A stretch of 64,000 nucleotides of DNA from a virus. A model generated the notes under the pieces. It did not search any database. It had not been told where the DNA came from and saw nothing but the letters and a program-made list of their open reading frames with translations. This document shows positions 34,548-44,751 of the stretch, one piece after another. How positions within the stretch are numbered: the first letter of the stretch is position 1; every line of letters starts with the position of its first letter. The stretch is from the UHGV virus genome UHGV-0038498; one strand, given 5' to 3'. The position numbers and the translations under genes were made by a program.

Positions 34548-34574
34548 GGGAGAGCCGAGGCTCTCCCTTTTTTA
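34548..34574 (+). terminator. Rho-independent terminator (GGGAGAGCC-GA-GGCTCTCCC + TTTTTTA)
   Basis: 9 bp perfect stem followed by T-run. Confidence 0.72.
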
Positions 34575-34594
34575 TTTCAAAAATTTTTTCACAA

Positions 34595-34630
34595 AACGGT
34601 TTACAACCAAAGCATACTGTGGTACTATAC
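34595..34630 (+). promoter_or_regulatory. Early promoter for motA (-35 GTTTAC 34599-34604, -10 TACTAT 34623-34628)
   Basis: GTTTAC-N18-TACTAT; member of the repeated cassette. Confidence 0.55.
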
Positions 34631-34669
34631 AACTATCAACTACTGATACAGAATTACGGAGATTAGAAA

Positions 34670-35305
34670 ATGTCTAAAGTAACTTACATCATCAAAGCTT
34701 CTAACGATGTTCTGAATGAAAAAACTGCTGCGATTTTAATTACCATTGCTAAGAAAGATTTCATTACAGCTGCAGAAGTTCGTGAGGTGCATCCAGATTT
34801 AGGTAACGCAGTAGTTAATAGTAATATTGGGGTATTGATTAAAAAAGGCCTGGTGGAGAAATCTGGTGATGGATTAATCATTACAGGCGAAGCTCAGGAT
34901 ATTATTTCAAATGCAGCAACTTTATATGCGCAGGAAAATGCTCCTGAACTACTGAAAAAACGAGCAACTCGTAAAGCTCGTGAGATTACTTCCGATATGG
35001 AAGAAGATAAAGACTTCATGTTAAAACTTTTAGATGAAAATGGATTTGTTCTTAAAAAGGTTGAAACTTACCGCAGTAACTATCTTGCTATTTTAGAAAA
35101 ACGCACTCACGGAATTCGTAATTTTGAAATTAATAACAATGGAAATATGCGAATTTTTGGATACAAAATGATGGAACATCATATTCAGAAATTTACTGAT
35201 ATCGGAATGTCATGTAAAATCGCTAAAAACGGTAATGTGTATCTTGACATTAAACGCTCGGCAGAAAACATTGAAGCAGTAATCACCGTAGCATCTGAAC
35301 TGTGA
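34670..35305 (+). CDS. motA: Middle-transcription activator MotA
   Basis: 211 aa MSKVTYIIKASNDVLNEKTAAILITIAKKDFITAAEVREVHPDLGNAVVNSNIGVLIKKG...; almost identical to T4 MotA. Confidence 0.95.
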   Translation: MSKVTYIIKASNDVLNEKTAAILITIAKKDFITAAEVREVHPDLGNAVVNSNIGVLIKKGLVEKSGDGLIITGEAQDIISNAATLYAQENAPELLKKRATRKAREITSDMEEDKDFMLKLLDENGFVLKKVETYRSNYLAILEKRTHGIRNFEINNNGNMRIFGYKMMEHHIQKFTDIGMSCKIAKNGNVYLDIKRSAENIEAVITVASEL

Positions 35306-35315
35306 GGAATAAATA

Positions 35316-35645
35316 ATGAACAAGTTAGAAATTGTTAATGAACTTCGTCGTTGTGCAGAACCCACTCAAGAGGGGTGGGACATCTGGTACCATGGAGCTT
35401 ATCTTGGAACTATCGTAAAGATTAAGACTGGTAAATACATGATTATTCGTGAAAGTAAAGATGCTCCAGTAGGTATTCGCAATAATTTTATGGCGGCGAT
35501 AAGTTCCTTTACGGATTCAGCTTATGAAATTTACCTTGCTGATTATAAAGAATTCCAGGAATCTCAACCAGTTATTCGCTCAATTGGTGTTAACAAAGCT
35601 CAACAGAAAACTTTGTGGCAGCGTATTAAAGGATGGTTTAAATGA
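35316..35645 (+). CDS. Hypothetical protein (motA.1 position)
   Basis: 109 aa ORF. Confidence 0.5.
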   Translation: MNKLEIVNELRRCAEPTQEGWDIWYHGAYLGTIVKIKTGKYMIIRESKDAPVGIRNNFMAAISSFTDSAYEIYLADYKEFQESQPVIRSIGVNKAQQKTLWQRIKGWFK

Positions 35646-36103
35646 ACCCATTTATTAATCGTTTAAAAATGCTGAATGTTCCTTTATCTCGTGAAACTCC
35701 AGAAAGTCTTGTTGAAAAATTTAAAGCGCATGGTTATAAATGCACAGAAGAAGATATTCTGAAAGAAGTTCCTGAAATCTGTTGGCAGTCTGCATATTGG
35801 GACGAAAATCAAAAATATCAACGACGAATTGTTTGCGCAGCCAACCGTTTTAAATTAAAAGATGGACGAACTCTTGTTATTCCAGGTGCTCGTCATTATT
35901 CTAAAGATATGGCAGAAGTTTTAGATGTAGTTAAACCTCAATTAGTTACTCAACAAGTTTGTGATGATGACCAAGGGTTTATTGACCAATATAGTAATTA
36001 TTGGACCCGTGAAGAAGCAATGATTATTGCAACTTACGCTGGACAAGTACGTATTGAACGTGGTGGTAGTGAAAAAGAACTTTACTCTGAGGACCTTTAC
36101 TAA
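35642..36103 (+). CDS. Hypothetical protein
   Basis: 153 aa ORF, ATGA overlap. Confidence 0.5.
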   Translation: MNPFINRLKMLNVPLSRETPESLVEKFKAHGYKCTEEDILKEVPEICWQSAYWDENQKYQRRIVCAANRFKLKDGRTLVIPGARHYSKDMAEVLDVVKPQLVTQQVCDDDQGFIDQYSNYWTREEAMIIATYAGQVRIERGGSEKELYSEDLY

Positions 36104-36399
36104 TGAATATTAAAAAGTTTCAAATTGATGGAATTAAGAATCAAATCCAGGCACTGGAATATGCCAATAAAATGATGTCAACTAATTGGGGAATTTATGC
36201 CAATGAACCGGCATTTCAATTCTGTAATATGGAATTCACCAAAAAGCTCGTAGGAAAAGATTATGTATGTCCATTTAGTTCCCCAATAAATGGAATGCTA
36301 AAACCTGCTTTACGCGATCTTTATATTGCGATGAACGAAGAAATGATAAAAGAACTAAAACGTCAACTGAAGGTGATTCAATTTGGCCAGGGAAATTAA
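36103..36399 (+). CDS. Hypothetical protein
   Basis: 98 aa ORF, overlapping start/stop with neighbour. Confidence 0.5.
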   Translation: MNIKKFQIDGIKNQIQALEYANKMMSTNWGIYANEPAFQFCNMEFTKKLVGKDYVCPFSSPINGMLKPALRDLYIAMNEEMIKELKRQLKVIQFGQGN

Positions 36400-36601
36400 T
36401 TCAAAATCCGATTATTTTAATTCTCTCAATGATAAAGATAAAAATCTAATACGGCATTTTATTGTTGAGATGGGATATACTGACACACGTGATTTAAGAG
36501 AACATATATTTGAATGTGGTGTAGCTAAAAAGTTTTCATTCACATGCAAATGTTTGAGAGAGGTAATTCAGCACTATGAACAATTTAGTCGCAAAACATA
36601 A
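36383..36601 (+). CDS. Hypothetical protein
   Basis: 72 aa ORF; start codon uncertain. Confidence 0.4.
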   Translation: MAREINSKSDYFNSLNDKDKNLIRHFIVEMGYTDTRDLREHIFECGVAKKFSFTCKCLREVIQHYEQFSRKT

Positions 36602-36684
36602 TTTTAATAAAGCTTCTATCCATAAAGATAAGAAGAAAGCGTTTAAAGAATCTAATCGCAAACAGAAACATAAGGGGAAGGTCT

Positions 36685-36963
36685 ATGATTATTGATTCTC
36701 AGTCTGTGGTTCAATACACAATCAAAATTGATATTCTAGAAAAGCTATATAAGTTTCTACCAAATTTATACCACTCAATTGTTAATGAATTAGTTGAAGA
36801 ACTACATCTCGAGAATAATGATTTCTTGGTTGGAACTTATAAAGACCTCTCAAAAGCAGGATATTTTTACGTAATTCCAGCTCCAGGAAAAAGTATTGAT
36901 GATGTATTAAAAACTATAATGATTTATGTCCTTGATTATGAAATTGAAGATTATTTCGAATGA
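36685..36963 (+). CDS. arn: Arn, anti-restriction nuclease (inhibitor of McrBC)
   Basis: 92 aa MIIDSQSVVQYTIKIDILEKLYKFLPNLYHSIVNELVEELHLENNDF...; matches T4 Arn length and position before asiA. Confidence 0.8.
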   Translation: MIIDSQSVVQYTIKIDILEKLYKFLPNLYHSIVNELVEELHLENNDFLVGTYKDLSKAGYFYVIPAPGKSIDDVLKTIMIYVLDYEIEDYFE

Positions 36964-37112
36964 GTCATAATCTTGAAAAAGTAATCGAGCATAATGTAGC
37001 TCAGGAACGTAAGTCGTTCAAGGAATTCGTAGAAAAAATTTTTGAAGAAAATACCACAGACCAGTTTACAAATCAAGCGTCTGATGATATTATAGTAAAG
37101 TCAACTAATTGA
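36960..37112 (+). CDS. Hypothetical small protein (50 aa)
   Basis: ATGA overlap with arn stop; MSHNLEKVIEHNVAQERKSFKEFVEKIFEENTTDQFTNQASDDIIVKSTN. Confidence 0.35.
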   Translation: MSHNLEKVIEHNVAQERKSFKEFVEKIFEENTTDQFTNQASDDIIVKSTN

Positions 37113-37124
37113 GTGGTATAGTTA

Positions 37125-37397
37125 ATGAATAAAAATATTGATACAGTTCGTGAAATTATTACTGTTGCGTCTATTTTAATTAAATTTTCCAGAGAAGATA
37201 TTGTTGAGAATCGTGCTAATTTTATTGCATTTCTGAATGAGATTGGAGTAACGCATGAAGGTAGAAAGTTGAATCAGAATTCATTCCGTAAAATTGTTTC
37301 TGAATTAACTCAAGAAGATAAGAAAACCCTCATCGACGAATTCAACGAGGGTTTTGAGGGTGTATATCGATATCTAGAGATGTATACGAACAAATAA
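37125..37397 (+). CDS. asiA: Anti-sigma-70 factor AsiA
   Basis: 90 aa MNKNIDTVREIITVASILIKFSREDIVENRANFIAFLNEIGVTHEGRKLNQNSFRKIVSELTQEDKKTLIDEFNEGFEGVYRYLEMYTNK; T4 AsiA. Confidence 0.95.
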   Translation: MNKNIDTVREIITVASILIKFSREDIVENRANFIAFLNEIGVTHEGRKLNQNSFRKIVSELTQEDKKTLIDEFNEGFEGVYRYLEMYTNK

Positions 37398-38054
37398 TTA
37401 TTTAGCCCTTCCTAATATTCTGGCCGCCTGAGCACATATTGATTCAAGGCGGTCATTACTTATATGATCATTTCTATACCAGTACATGGTTATTGTTCCA
37501 GCATAGATATTATCCAAATTGAAATATGGACAACTGTACATGTAATTTATTTCGGGAGTAGGCTTTTTAGTCGGTAAAAAAGCAAATTTTGAGTTGGAAT
37601 AATAATGACGTCCATTTAAATGAACTGCATATTCATCCATAGTTTTATCAACAGGATATCCTCCAAGTGATTTTTCACTTATTGTTGAAGGTAATTTTCC
37701 TTCATATGCTATAATATCAACAAAATAGTTTAAGTTTTTAGGGCGGAAAGAATACACCGCACTAAAGTCTGCCTCAGATGATATATGAACTATCTGGAGT
37801 TGTTCCAGGGCGACAGATTCAAAGCGTGCATTTCTTTCCTTTTCAATAATTTCACTGTATGTTTCATACTTTGATTGCTTATAGTACTCAAAGAAACTAT
37901 CTCCCCTATACCAAACAATCGCCATTATAAACAAAAGAATTACGACAGCTACACGGGAAGCAAGAACTTTCCCGGTAGCGTTATCTTTGAACAAGCGATC
38001 TAGAACACCAAACAGAATATCAGAGGGCGAAAATGATATTCTAGGTGCTGCCAT
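37398..38054 (-). CDS. t: Holin T
   Basis: 218 aa MAAPRISFSPSDILFGVLDRLFKDNATGKVLASRVAVVILLFIMAIVWYRGDSFFEYYKQSKYETYSEI...; single TM with large periplasmic domain; T4 T; SD AAGGAGGG. Confidence 0.92.
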   Translation of the reverse strand: MAAPRISFSPSDILFGVLDRLFKDNATGKVLASRVAVVILLFIMAIVWYRGDSFFEYYKQSKYETYSEIIEKERNARFESVALEQLQIVHISSEADFSAVYSFRPKNLNYFVDIIAYEGKLPSTISEKSLGGYPVDKTMDEYAVHLNGRHYYSNSKFAFLPTKKPTPEINYMYSCPYFNLDNIYAGTITMYWYRNDHISNDRLESICAQAARILGRAK

Positions 38055-38085
38055 AGACCCTCCTTTTAAGGATATTTATTCAAAA

Positions 38086-38877
38086 TTATACTCTTGCACC
38101 ATATATTGTACCAACTTTAGTCCAAGTTGGAGCATTACCAGTAACAGCTTTACCTGCTGCGCCACCCGAGTGAACAGTTCCTCCAGTACCACCTTGAATA
38201 TATGAAGATTTGCCCGCAGCCCCCAAATCTCCACCATCTCCTCCATGGTGAACCCCAGAAACAGTACCTTTACCAGGAGCAGAAATTGTAGCGGCAGATG
38301 CTGCCGATGCGCTGCCGCCTGCTGCACCCGCTGCACCAAATGGACGACCTCCGCCGCCACCAAATATCATATCCATTTGGGGGAAAGGATGATATCTAGC
38401 ACCAGCGCCGCCACCACCGCCACCACCGATAATACCATTATTGTTTATTCTTAAACGAGTTCCAATTCCGTTATTTATTGCAGTTCCTCCTGCTCCACCA
38501 GCAGAGTTACTTCCGCCATTTCCTCCTCGACCCAATACATGAACACCACTATTAATATTTAAGGTAACATATGCATTAGTTAATGAGCTAGGAAAATCTA
38601 AGCATGGTTGACCTGTCGATGAAGAAACGATATTGCCTGTAATTGTAATAACAACAGGAGTACTTCCTTGGGCTTTTATCCAATTTATTAGTGTGTCTTT
38701 ATTATAAGAATTGCTAGCACCAATGCTGTAATATACTTCTTTAGATTGTCCGGCCATTGAGCTCATCCAACCAGGAACTGAAACACGAACTGCTTTCATT
38801 GCAGCATCCATCCAACGTTGTCCAGTTTCATTCACGGCAGATTCACCAATCCAGCCAGGAACACCTACAATTGCCAT
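38086..38877 (-). CDS. 38: Receptor-recognising tail-fibre tip adhesin gp38 (T2-type, glycine-rich motifs)
   Basis: 263 aa; conserved N-terminus MAIVGVPGWIGESAVNETGQRWMDAAMKAV... and C-terminal half with poly-Gly blocks (GGGGGGGAG, GGGGRPFG, GGTGGT) separated by variable segments. Confidence 0.85.
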   Translation of the reverse strand: MAIVGVPGWIGESAVNETGQRWMDAAMKAVRVSVPGWMSSMAGQSKEVYYSIGASNSYNKDTLINWIKAQGSTPVVITITGNIVSSSTGQPCLDFPSSLTNAYVTLNINSGVHVLGRGGNGGSNSAGGAGGTAINNGIGTRLRINNNGIIGGGGGGGAGARYHPFPQMDMIFGGGGGRPFGAAGAAGGSASAASAATISAPGKGTVSGVHHGGDGGDLGAAGKSSYIQGGTGGTVHSGGAAGKAVTGNAPTWTKVGTIYGARV

Positions 38878-38888
38878 TAAAAATCCTT

Positions 38889-38906
38889 AGAGGGCCGAAG
38901 CCCTCT
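38889..38906 (-). other. RNA hairpin with UUCG tetraloop between genes 37 and 38 (AGAGGGC-UUCG-GCCCUCU), immediately 5' of the gene 38 SD
   Basis: Perfect 7 bp stem on the minus-strand transcript in the 30 nt intergenic gap. Confidence 0.45.
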
Positions 38907-38907
38907 T

Positions 38908-41900
38908 TTACATAAGTTTAGATTCAAGTTCTTTTACACGAGAAGAAAGTGTTTTCACAGCTTCAACCAGAAGAGCAATCTGGGCTTGAGAAGAAACAGT
39001 GAGTATTTTATTACCCTTGCTATCTTCTGTTTCATGGACAGCTTCTGGTAAAACGTCTTGCAACGTTTGAGCTATAATACCCGCTTCGGTTTGAACAGGT
39101 TCACCGCCTATATATTCAGCTTTGTCATAGATTAAACCATCAAGTTGCTCAACCCTTTCGAGCGCATTTTTAATAGGTTTAAAATTAGATTTCAAGCGAA
39201 CATCAGAACGAATATAAACGTTAGGAGCATTGACGTTTTTCTCGGAATAAACTTCACTTGAGGTGAATCTAACAACTTTAACGTTGTTCGCCCACGCTTC
39301 TAAAAGCCCATCGCCTACTTGTCTAAAACCAGTATCGCTATCACCAATTGCAATGGAGTTACCACCCCAACCGTTGGAGGTATTTACACCAAATGCTCTC
39401 GCAGATCCGCATGATAGTATAGGAGCATAAAATGTTCCATCCATGTCAAAAGTCCAACGAGCCTGTTGCCCCGATGGGTTGTCGCCACGCATGCGAATAA
39501 TACCTTGACGCCAAGTACCAGAAACACCTAACCATCCAAATTCAAATGATTGACGATAGCCCGCGTCAGTTAAAAAACTGTATCCAGAAAATAGCGGGTA
39601 ATAAGCTTGACTTGTCTTGGAAATGCCACCCGTATTCGCTAAGAATGCAGAATTGTCGCGAGTCACATTTGAAATAGCAGAAAAGCTAACACTCCATTGT
39701 CCGGCAGCTTTAACTCGTGAATTAATGTTTCCATTAATAGTAATATCTTTATCAAAAGAAGTATTTTCGCCAAGACGAACAGTACCAGCAGTCATATCGA
39801 TTGAAAACGGTCGTTTTCCATTCCAATCGCCTTCAGTTGCTTTATTATCGCCGTCTGAAGAGTTTTTGTCAGTCAGTAAAATATAGAAGTTTCCACCGTC
39901 ATTTCGAAATAAAACGGAATTAGAACCTGATCTATCAGAATTACTTGTAATACGAATACCAGTTTGGTTATTAATAGCAATTTCTGACTCTGCTACATAA
40001 CGCTTAGGCCCGTTAGGCGTTTTTTGCAAGTTATTCAATATACTTGCAACTTGACCTTGAATTGCCGTCTCAGGAAGTTCAACTGCAGTTTCTGTGGCGC
40101 CGGATGAATCTGAAGCAAATATTTGATTAACATTAGCGTTCGGTGTGGCATAATATGAAACAGCCAACGCCTGGGCGTATGTACCTACATTCACATAGAT
40201 ATCATAAACATCGCCTGATGTATTAACAGTGGCAACGTTTTTAATACCTTGAGCAACATCCAACGACCAAACAACAGCATTAATGCCTTTAGGATTGTTG
40301 TTAGAAGTTCTTAAAACAATTTGCGAAATAACACACTGGTGAGGAGTGGAAACATTATACCCGTTCCCGCCTGAAATTTCAAATTTAATAGTTGAGGTTG
40401 ATTGCGGCATTGTCACCGTTGCTAATTTGTACCAACCGCCAGTACCTGAATAAGAAACCATTCGGGTATTGACTTTACGATCTAATGTCGAGTTCAAGTT
40501 AGCAAAGTTAGGTAATGAACCACCCGTGATATTACCATCAGTACCAATACGAACATTACCAGCACCTAATTTACCAGGAGAGTAAAAATCACCGTTTTTA
40601 TTAAATTCCCAACCTAAATCCTTTATAATCGCGCCAGTAGAACCGCCATCACCACCTTCATGATAATGAACTCTAAAATTACCACCGTTAATTAAAGTAC
40701 CAATAGAATAGCAACTATTATTTTGTACGTATCTCTGTTTAACAATTGGAACATACGTACTTGTATCTGTGCGATTAATATTCATATAGAACGGAGCACG
40801 AACGTTTTCATTATTTTGTGAAGCAAATGAACCAGCCCCCGCAGGTCTAACAGCATCAGTACATTCTACATCGATGTACGACGACTGACCTAACTGCATA
40901 CGGTAATTAGGAGAAATACGACTATGACTAGTAACAACAACAAGTTTATTATCGTTGTCTACAGTAATCATATTGCCGCCTCTGCCGTCATCGCCTAACG
41001 TGACAGAATGACGCATTTGTACCATACCATTATTAAGACTAATACTTAATGGGCGGAGATTACTTATTCCACCACTTTCACCAGCATCTTTAGGAGTCGG
41101 GATAATATGTAATGATGCTTCTGAACGACGGAAAATAGCACCATATTCAGCATTCCAAATTCTTAATGCATCTGCTGTTCCACCAAATTTAGCTTGTCCG
41201 TTTACAGATAATCCATTATTAACATTTAAAGAAGATTCAGTTGTAATAGAACCAGAAGCAACAATACTGCCTGAAGTTAATAAACCACCATTAACTCGAA
41301 ATTGAATAGGTCCGACAGTAGAACCTGATCCGGGAGCAACTCGCTGAGAATAAAAATGGTAACCTTGCCCATCTGATACTTCAAAAACTGTTTCACGGGA
41401 ACGATCGCCAGATGCGTTAAATGAATTACCCCACGCTTTAACAGTTACATAGCTTTTATTCTGCCCAGCACGAGTACCACCTTCCCACAAAATTTGCTTA
41501 GTGCCATCAACCGTAGTAGTTGGAGCGAATGTTAGCCCAGCAGTAGAATTATTAGCTGCTAAATATACACCATTATATATTGAAAGCTGCTTAGTGGATG
41601 TAATACCGCCATCAGCATAAAACATTACATTATTTGCACCGGTTACTATTTTAAGAATACCCGGGTTAACTTCCATGCCTTCTTGGGTATTAATATTAGT
41701 TTTGCCTTTACCACGGAAATAGTGGTTCATTTTTCCGCCTGAGTTATAGCCAATATGTGTCTGGCCGTCTCCAGCAGTGTTTTCATCAGCCTGTGTTTGA
41801 ACTGATAAAAATGCAACATTCGTTCCAGGCATAGTCCATGTTGTACCTTGATCTTCTGAGCGACCAAATATACCTTTACGAGTACTACGGAAACTATCAG

Positions 41901-42891
41901 GCGTAATAGATGCAACGGAATAACCTCCACCAACTAAATCATAAACACCTTGTTTAATATATTTCAGACCAGTTACAGTGTCACCGAGAACAAGATACTT
42001 ATCACCCATTACCCCAGTATTTCCATAATCACTAGACGGGAAACCCGTAGTGAATGTACCTAATGCAAGGCTATTACGGCCAGCTATTCGGCCATCATTA
42101 CGAATACCATATTGTTTAGATTGAGGAGTATTACCAGTCCACCATGACATTTCATCAGCTTGTCCAGTCTGAGCTGTACAGATTTCATGCCACATGGTTC
42201 CGCCTGATTTAGCACGAACTTTACGAAGATAGTTTACTCCGTTAGTTTCACCGGTTCCAGGATAAACATACTGAACCAATGATTGTGAATCGTATTGTCC
42301 AAAGGCTTTAGAATCATGATTAATTAAATTAACACTAATAGTTGGTGTACTAATAGAAGTTAAAGCAGTTAACTTGCGTGCCTGGAAAATACCACCATCA
42401 GTAGAAATGAAATGAAATTCTGAATTTTGAGCCCCTGCTGCGGTTCCTTGACGAACACGCATTGTGATTACGCCTTCATTTTCAGACTGTGGTTTTGAAT
42501 ATAAAACACCTCTCTCCGATCCATCTGTATTTTCAAACCAAAGATGGGCATTGGAAGTATCATTTGTTGCTCTTGCGTAAAATGACCCTCGCATAGATCT
42601 GAAAACTTTTGCAGTTATGCCATCAGTAGAACCAATAGGTCCATTTACGGTCATTCCACCTGTTTGTACATAATCGCCATTTAACCTCAAAAGACCATTG
42701 ATAGTTACATTTCCATCAATTTGACCGCCTTTAGCAATACCTAGATCAATAATATTTCCTGAATCATCTTTAGTAAAAATTGTTCTATCTTTTAAGTTTA
42801 TAGCCAATTCACCTTCGGCTAATACTGAAGCAGCAGGACGTGCACCTGCGGTTTTGCTTCTTTTAAATTGTATTTGTTTTAAAGTAGCCAT
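38908..42891 (-). CDS. 37: Long tail fibre distal subunit gp37 with C-terminal intramolecular chaperone domain
   Basis: 1327 aa; N-terminus [51 protein letters not shown] typical of gp37; C-terminus ...[35 protein letters not shown]...[15 protein letters not shown] resembles auto-cleaving S74-type chaperone domains. Confidence 0.9.
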   Translation of the reverse strand: MATLKQIQFKRSKTAGARPAASVLAEGELAINLKDRTIFTKDDSGNIIDLGIAKGGQIDGNVTINGLLRLNGDYVQTGGMTVNGPIGSTDGITAKVFRSMRGSFYARATNDTSNAHLWFENTDGSERGVLYSKPQSENEGVITMRVRQGTAAGAQNSEFHFISTDGGIFQARKLTALTSISTPTISVNLINHDSKAFGQYDSQSLVQYVYPGTGETNGVNYLRKVRAKSGGTMWHEICTAQTGQADEMSWWTGNTPQSKQYGIRNDGRIAGRNSLALGTFTTGFPSSDYGNTGVMGDKYLVLGDTVTGLKYIKQGVYDLVGGGYSVASITPDSFRSTRKGIFGRSEDQGTTWTMPGTNVAFLSVQTQADENTAGDGQTHIGYNSGGKMNHYFRGKGKTNINTQEGMEVNPGILKIVTGANNVMFYADGGITSTKQLSIYNGVYLAANNSTAGLTFAPTTTVDGTKQILWEGGTRAGQNKSYVTVKAWGNSFNASGDRSRETVFEVSDGQGYHFYSQRVAPGSGSTVGPIQFRVNGGLLTSGSIVASGSITTESSLNVNNGLSVNGQAKFGGTADALRIWNAEYGAIFRRSEASLHIIPTPKDAGESGGISNLRPLSISLNNGMVQMRHSVTLGDDGRGGNMITVDNDNKLVVVTSHSRISPNYRMQLGQSSYIDVECTDAVRPAGAGSFASQNNENVRAPFYMNINRTDTSTYVPIVKQRYVQNNSCYSIGTLINGGNFRVHYHEGGDGGSTGAIIKDLGWEFNKNGDFYSPGKLGAGNVRIGTDGNITGGSLPNFANLNSTLDRKVNTRMVSYSGTGGWYKLATVTMPQSTSTIKFEISGGNGYNVSTPHQCVISQIVLRTSNNNPKGINAVVWSLDVAQGIKNVATVNTSGDVYDIYVNVGTYAQALAVSYYATPNANVNQIFASDSSGATETAVELPETAIQGQVASILNNLQKTPNGPKRYVAESEIAINNQTGIRITSNSDRSGSNSVLFRNDGGNFYILLTDKNSSDGDNKATEGDWNGKRPFSIDMTAGTVRLGENTSFDKDITINGNINSRVKAAGQWSVSFSAISNVTRDNSAFLANTGGISKTSQAYYPLFSGYSFLTDAGYRQSFEFGWLGVSGTWRQGIIRMRGDNPSGQQARWTFDMDGTFYAPILSCGSARAFGVNTSNGWGGNSIAIGDSDTGFRQVGDGLLEAWANNVKVVRFTSSEVYSEKNVNAPNVYIRSDVRLKSNFKPIKNALERVEQLDGLIYDKAEYIGGEPVQTEAGIIAQTLQDVLPEAVHETEDSKGNKILTVSSQAQIALLVEAVKTLSSRVKELESKLM

Positions 42892-42899
42892 AAGTCCTC

Positions 42900-43565
42900 T
42901 TAATAATAGCCGAAATCTTGAACAGAATCCTTAATTACGATTTGGTCAAATCGCGGAACGTGTGAAGGTTGAGACGCAGGATTCTGCGAGAAAAAGTTTG
43001 GTGCGGTTAAGTTTCCAGTCATAGTGTCTCCTTTACGGAAAACTCTAGAATCCGCATTTGCCGTAACAGTATTTATTGCTCCATCAACATAGTCCTTTCT
43101 AGTAAGGTCATTCACTGCTATAGGAGCAGCCGCATCACTTCTTACTTGACCAGCTGCTGACACAACACCTTTTGTGTTAATATCACCATTACGTGTGTTA
43201 ATTACCACAGTTCGAGCTGCTGAACCTTGTGATGATTTAAAACCAATACCATACCATGAAACAATATCAATATTTGCTGTAGCAAAAGTTGCTGCATCGC
43301 CATTACCTGGATAAATACCGCACGGGTTTGTATTGTTTACAGCATATGGTACTTGAACACCAGCATTAAATGTTACCTTTGACGCAAAAGTACCACCATT
43401 AGCTTTAGAAACGAAATCGTTATCAACAGCTTGTGGTTTATTATATTCTGAATATATTTTAAATGATTTATAGAGTACATCGTCACCGGCTGGATTCAAT
43501 GGAAAATTTCCTTGATGCCAAATGACAGAGCCTCCAGTTGTTGAACCTACTTTTAAATCAGCCAT
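42900..43565 (-). CDS. 36: Long tail fibre distal connector gp36
   Basis: 221 aa [51 protein letters not shown]...; T4 gp36 length. Confidence 0.9.
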   Translation of the reverse strand: MADLKVGSTTGGSVIWHQGNFPLNPAGDDVLYKSFKIYSEYNKPQAVDNDFVSKANGGTFASKVTFNAGVQVPYAVNNTNPCGIYPGNGDAATFATANIDIVSWYGIGFKSSQGSAARTVVINTRNGDINTKGVVSAAGQVRSDAAAPIAVNDLTRKDYVDGAINTVTANADSRVFRKGDTMTGNLTAPNFFSQNPASQPSHVPRFDQIVIKDSVQDFGYY

Positions 43566-43588
43566 TGTATGCCCCTTTATTTTAATAG

Positions 43589-43596
43589 TATTTATA
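43589..43596 (-). promoter_or_regulatory. Late promoter TATAAATA (minus strand) for genes 36-37-38
   Basis: Plus-strand TATTTATA = minus TATAAATA, about 25 nt upstream of gene 36 ATG. Confidence 0.55.
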
Positions 43597-43599
43597 AAG

Positions 43600-43625
43600 A
43601 AAAAGGGAACCCGAAGGCTCCCTCA
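43600..43625 (-). terminator. Terminator-like hairpin after gene 35 (minus strand GGGAGCC-UUCG-GGUUCCC + UUUUU)
   Basis: 7 bp stem (one G-U pair), UUCG loop, T5 run on the minus-strand transcript. Confidence 0.55.
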
Positions 43626-43627
43626 AT

Positions 43628-44743
43628 TTATACTTCTCTAAATTCTTGCCCAAACACTTTACCAGTTTTAGACGATGCTTGCGTAGGAAGTACCATTATA
43701 TCCGGAGGTGAAGCAGATTCACAGATATAATTAACACGAATGCCATTGACGCCAAATTCAGCGGGTTTCGAAATACCTCCATTTCTTGACACTTCAGAAA
43801 AGCTTAAATTTCTCATGCCACCTTGACCAGCTTGTGCTGTTCTTTGTGCATATATCGTAAATCCTACAGCGTTTTCTGGAACAACTACATAATCTTCCTT
43901 TAATTCCCAAGACCCAGCTTGCCCGGTAAACTCAGCTTGCGTCGAGGAAATATATCCATTAGATGCGTTATAAAAACGGATGGATATATTTGTAGTTCCA
44001 AGAGCAAGTAAATCGGCATCAGCATATAACTGTGCTTTAAGATAAAGAACATCGCCAGGGATTAAATTATAGTCAGATAATTTACTTATAGCAGCCGAAG
44101 TCGGTAGACGTGCAATTTCGTTATTAGTTCCACCAACTGCCGACATAAATTGCTCAACGCTTTCGTATGTTCTTTTAGGAAATCCCGTAGCTCCAACGTC
44201 TTCTAAACTGTCAAATACAACATCTAAAATAGTTTGATAGTCATCTGTGCTTTTTCTATTACTTAGTTTAACATGCTCCAATGCAATAGCTCTTTTAGAA
44301 GAAGTGTAAAAAGCAGCATATGATACGTCAAATCTTGACAATATAGAATCAGATGGAAAAGCAGACGTTCCTGCGGTTCTCAACCAAGATACTACTTCAG
44401 GAGGAAAATTAACCTTTCCGCTAGTTAATATAGCAACAAGTCTGTTATTCGTCAAAGAATTCATGAAACTAACAAAAGCAGCCGATGTAGTATCATTTGA
44501 AGCCGAAAAAGCATATGACTTACTATCAACTAATGCTCCGGTGGAAGGGTCAAAAACTCTTAAATGAAGTCCTGCGCTAAATGTTTGACTTCCAACAGGA
44601 TTATCCTGAAATTTAACATATGGTCCTGCCGTAGAAAGCGGGCAAGAACCCGCTATACTTATTTTATATCTTACTGAATTACTTTCCGATAAAAATGGCG
44701 TTTGGACATATCCTTGTCCAAACTCTGCCATAAATTTTTCCAT
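43628..44743 (-). CDS. 35: Long tail fibre hinge protein gp35
   Basis: 371 aa MEKFMAEFGQGYVQTPFLSESNSVRYKISIAGSCPLSTAGPYVKF...; T4 gp35 length and position. Confidence 0.85.
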   Translation of the reverse strand: MEKFMAEFGQGYVQTPFLSESNSVRYKISIAGSCPLSTAGPYVKFQDNPVGSQTFSAGLHLRVFDPSTGALVDSKSYAFSASNDTTSAAFVSFMNSLTNNRLVAILTSGKVNFPPEVVSWLRTAGTSAFPSDSILSRFDVSYAAFYTSSKRAIALEHVKLSNRKSTDDYQTILDVVFDSLEDVGATGFPKRTYESVEQFMSAVGGTNNEIARLPTSAAISKLSDYNLIPGDVLYLKAQLYADADLLALGTTNISIRFYNASNGYISSTQAEFTGQAGSWELKEDYVVVPENAVGFTIYAQRTAQAGQGGMRNLSFSEVSRNGGISKPAEFGVNGIRVNYICESASPPDIMVLPTQASSKTGKVFGQEFREV

Positions 44744-44751
44744 AATACCTC

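Noticed and set aside
37987-38454. ORFs 37987..38205 (+), 38076..38363 (-) and 38245..38454 (+) overlapping gp38 and t
   Set aside because: Artefacts of the GC-rich glycine-codon tract of gene 38 (alternative frames read as Ala/Pro/Thr-rich or Cys/Arg-rich); no start signals.
38300-38600. Glycine-codon repetitive DNA in gene 38 as a possible CRISPR array or simple-sequence repeat element
   Set aside because: Repeats are irregular GGN codon runs in frame within a coding sequence, without the spacer/repeat periodicity of CRISPR; explained by polyglycine motifs of the adhesin.
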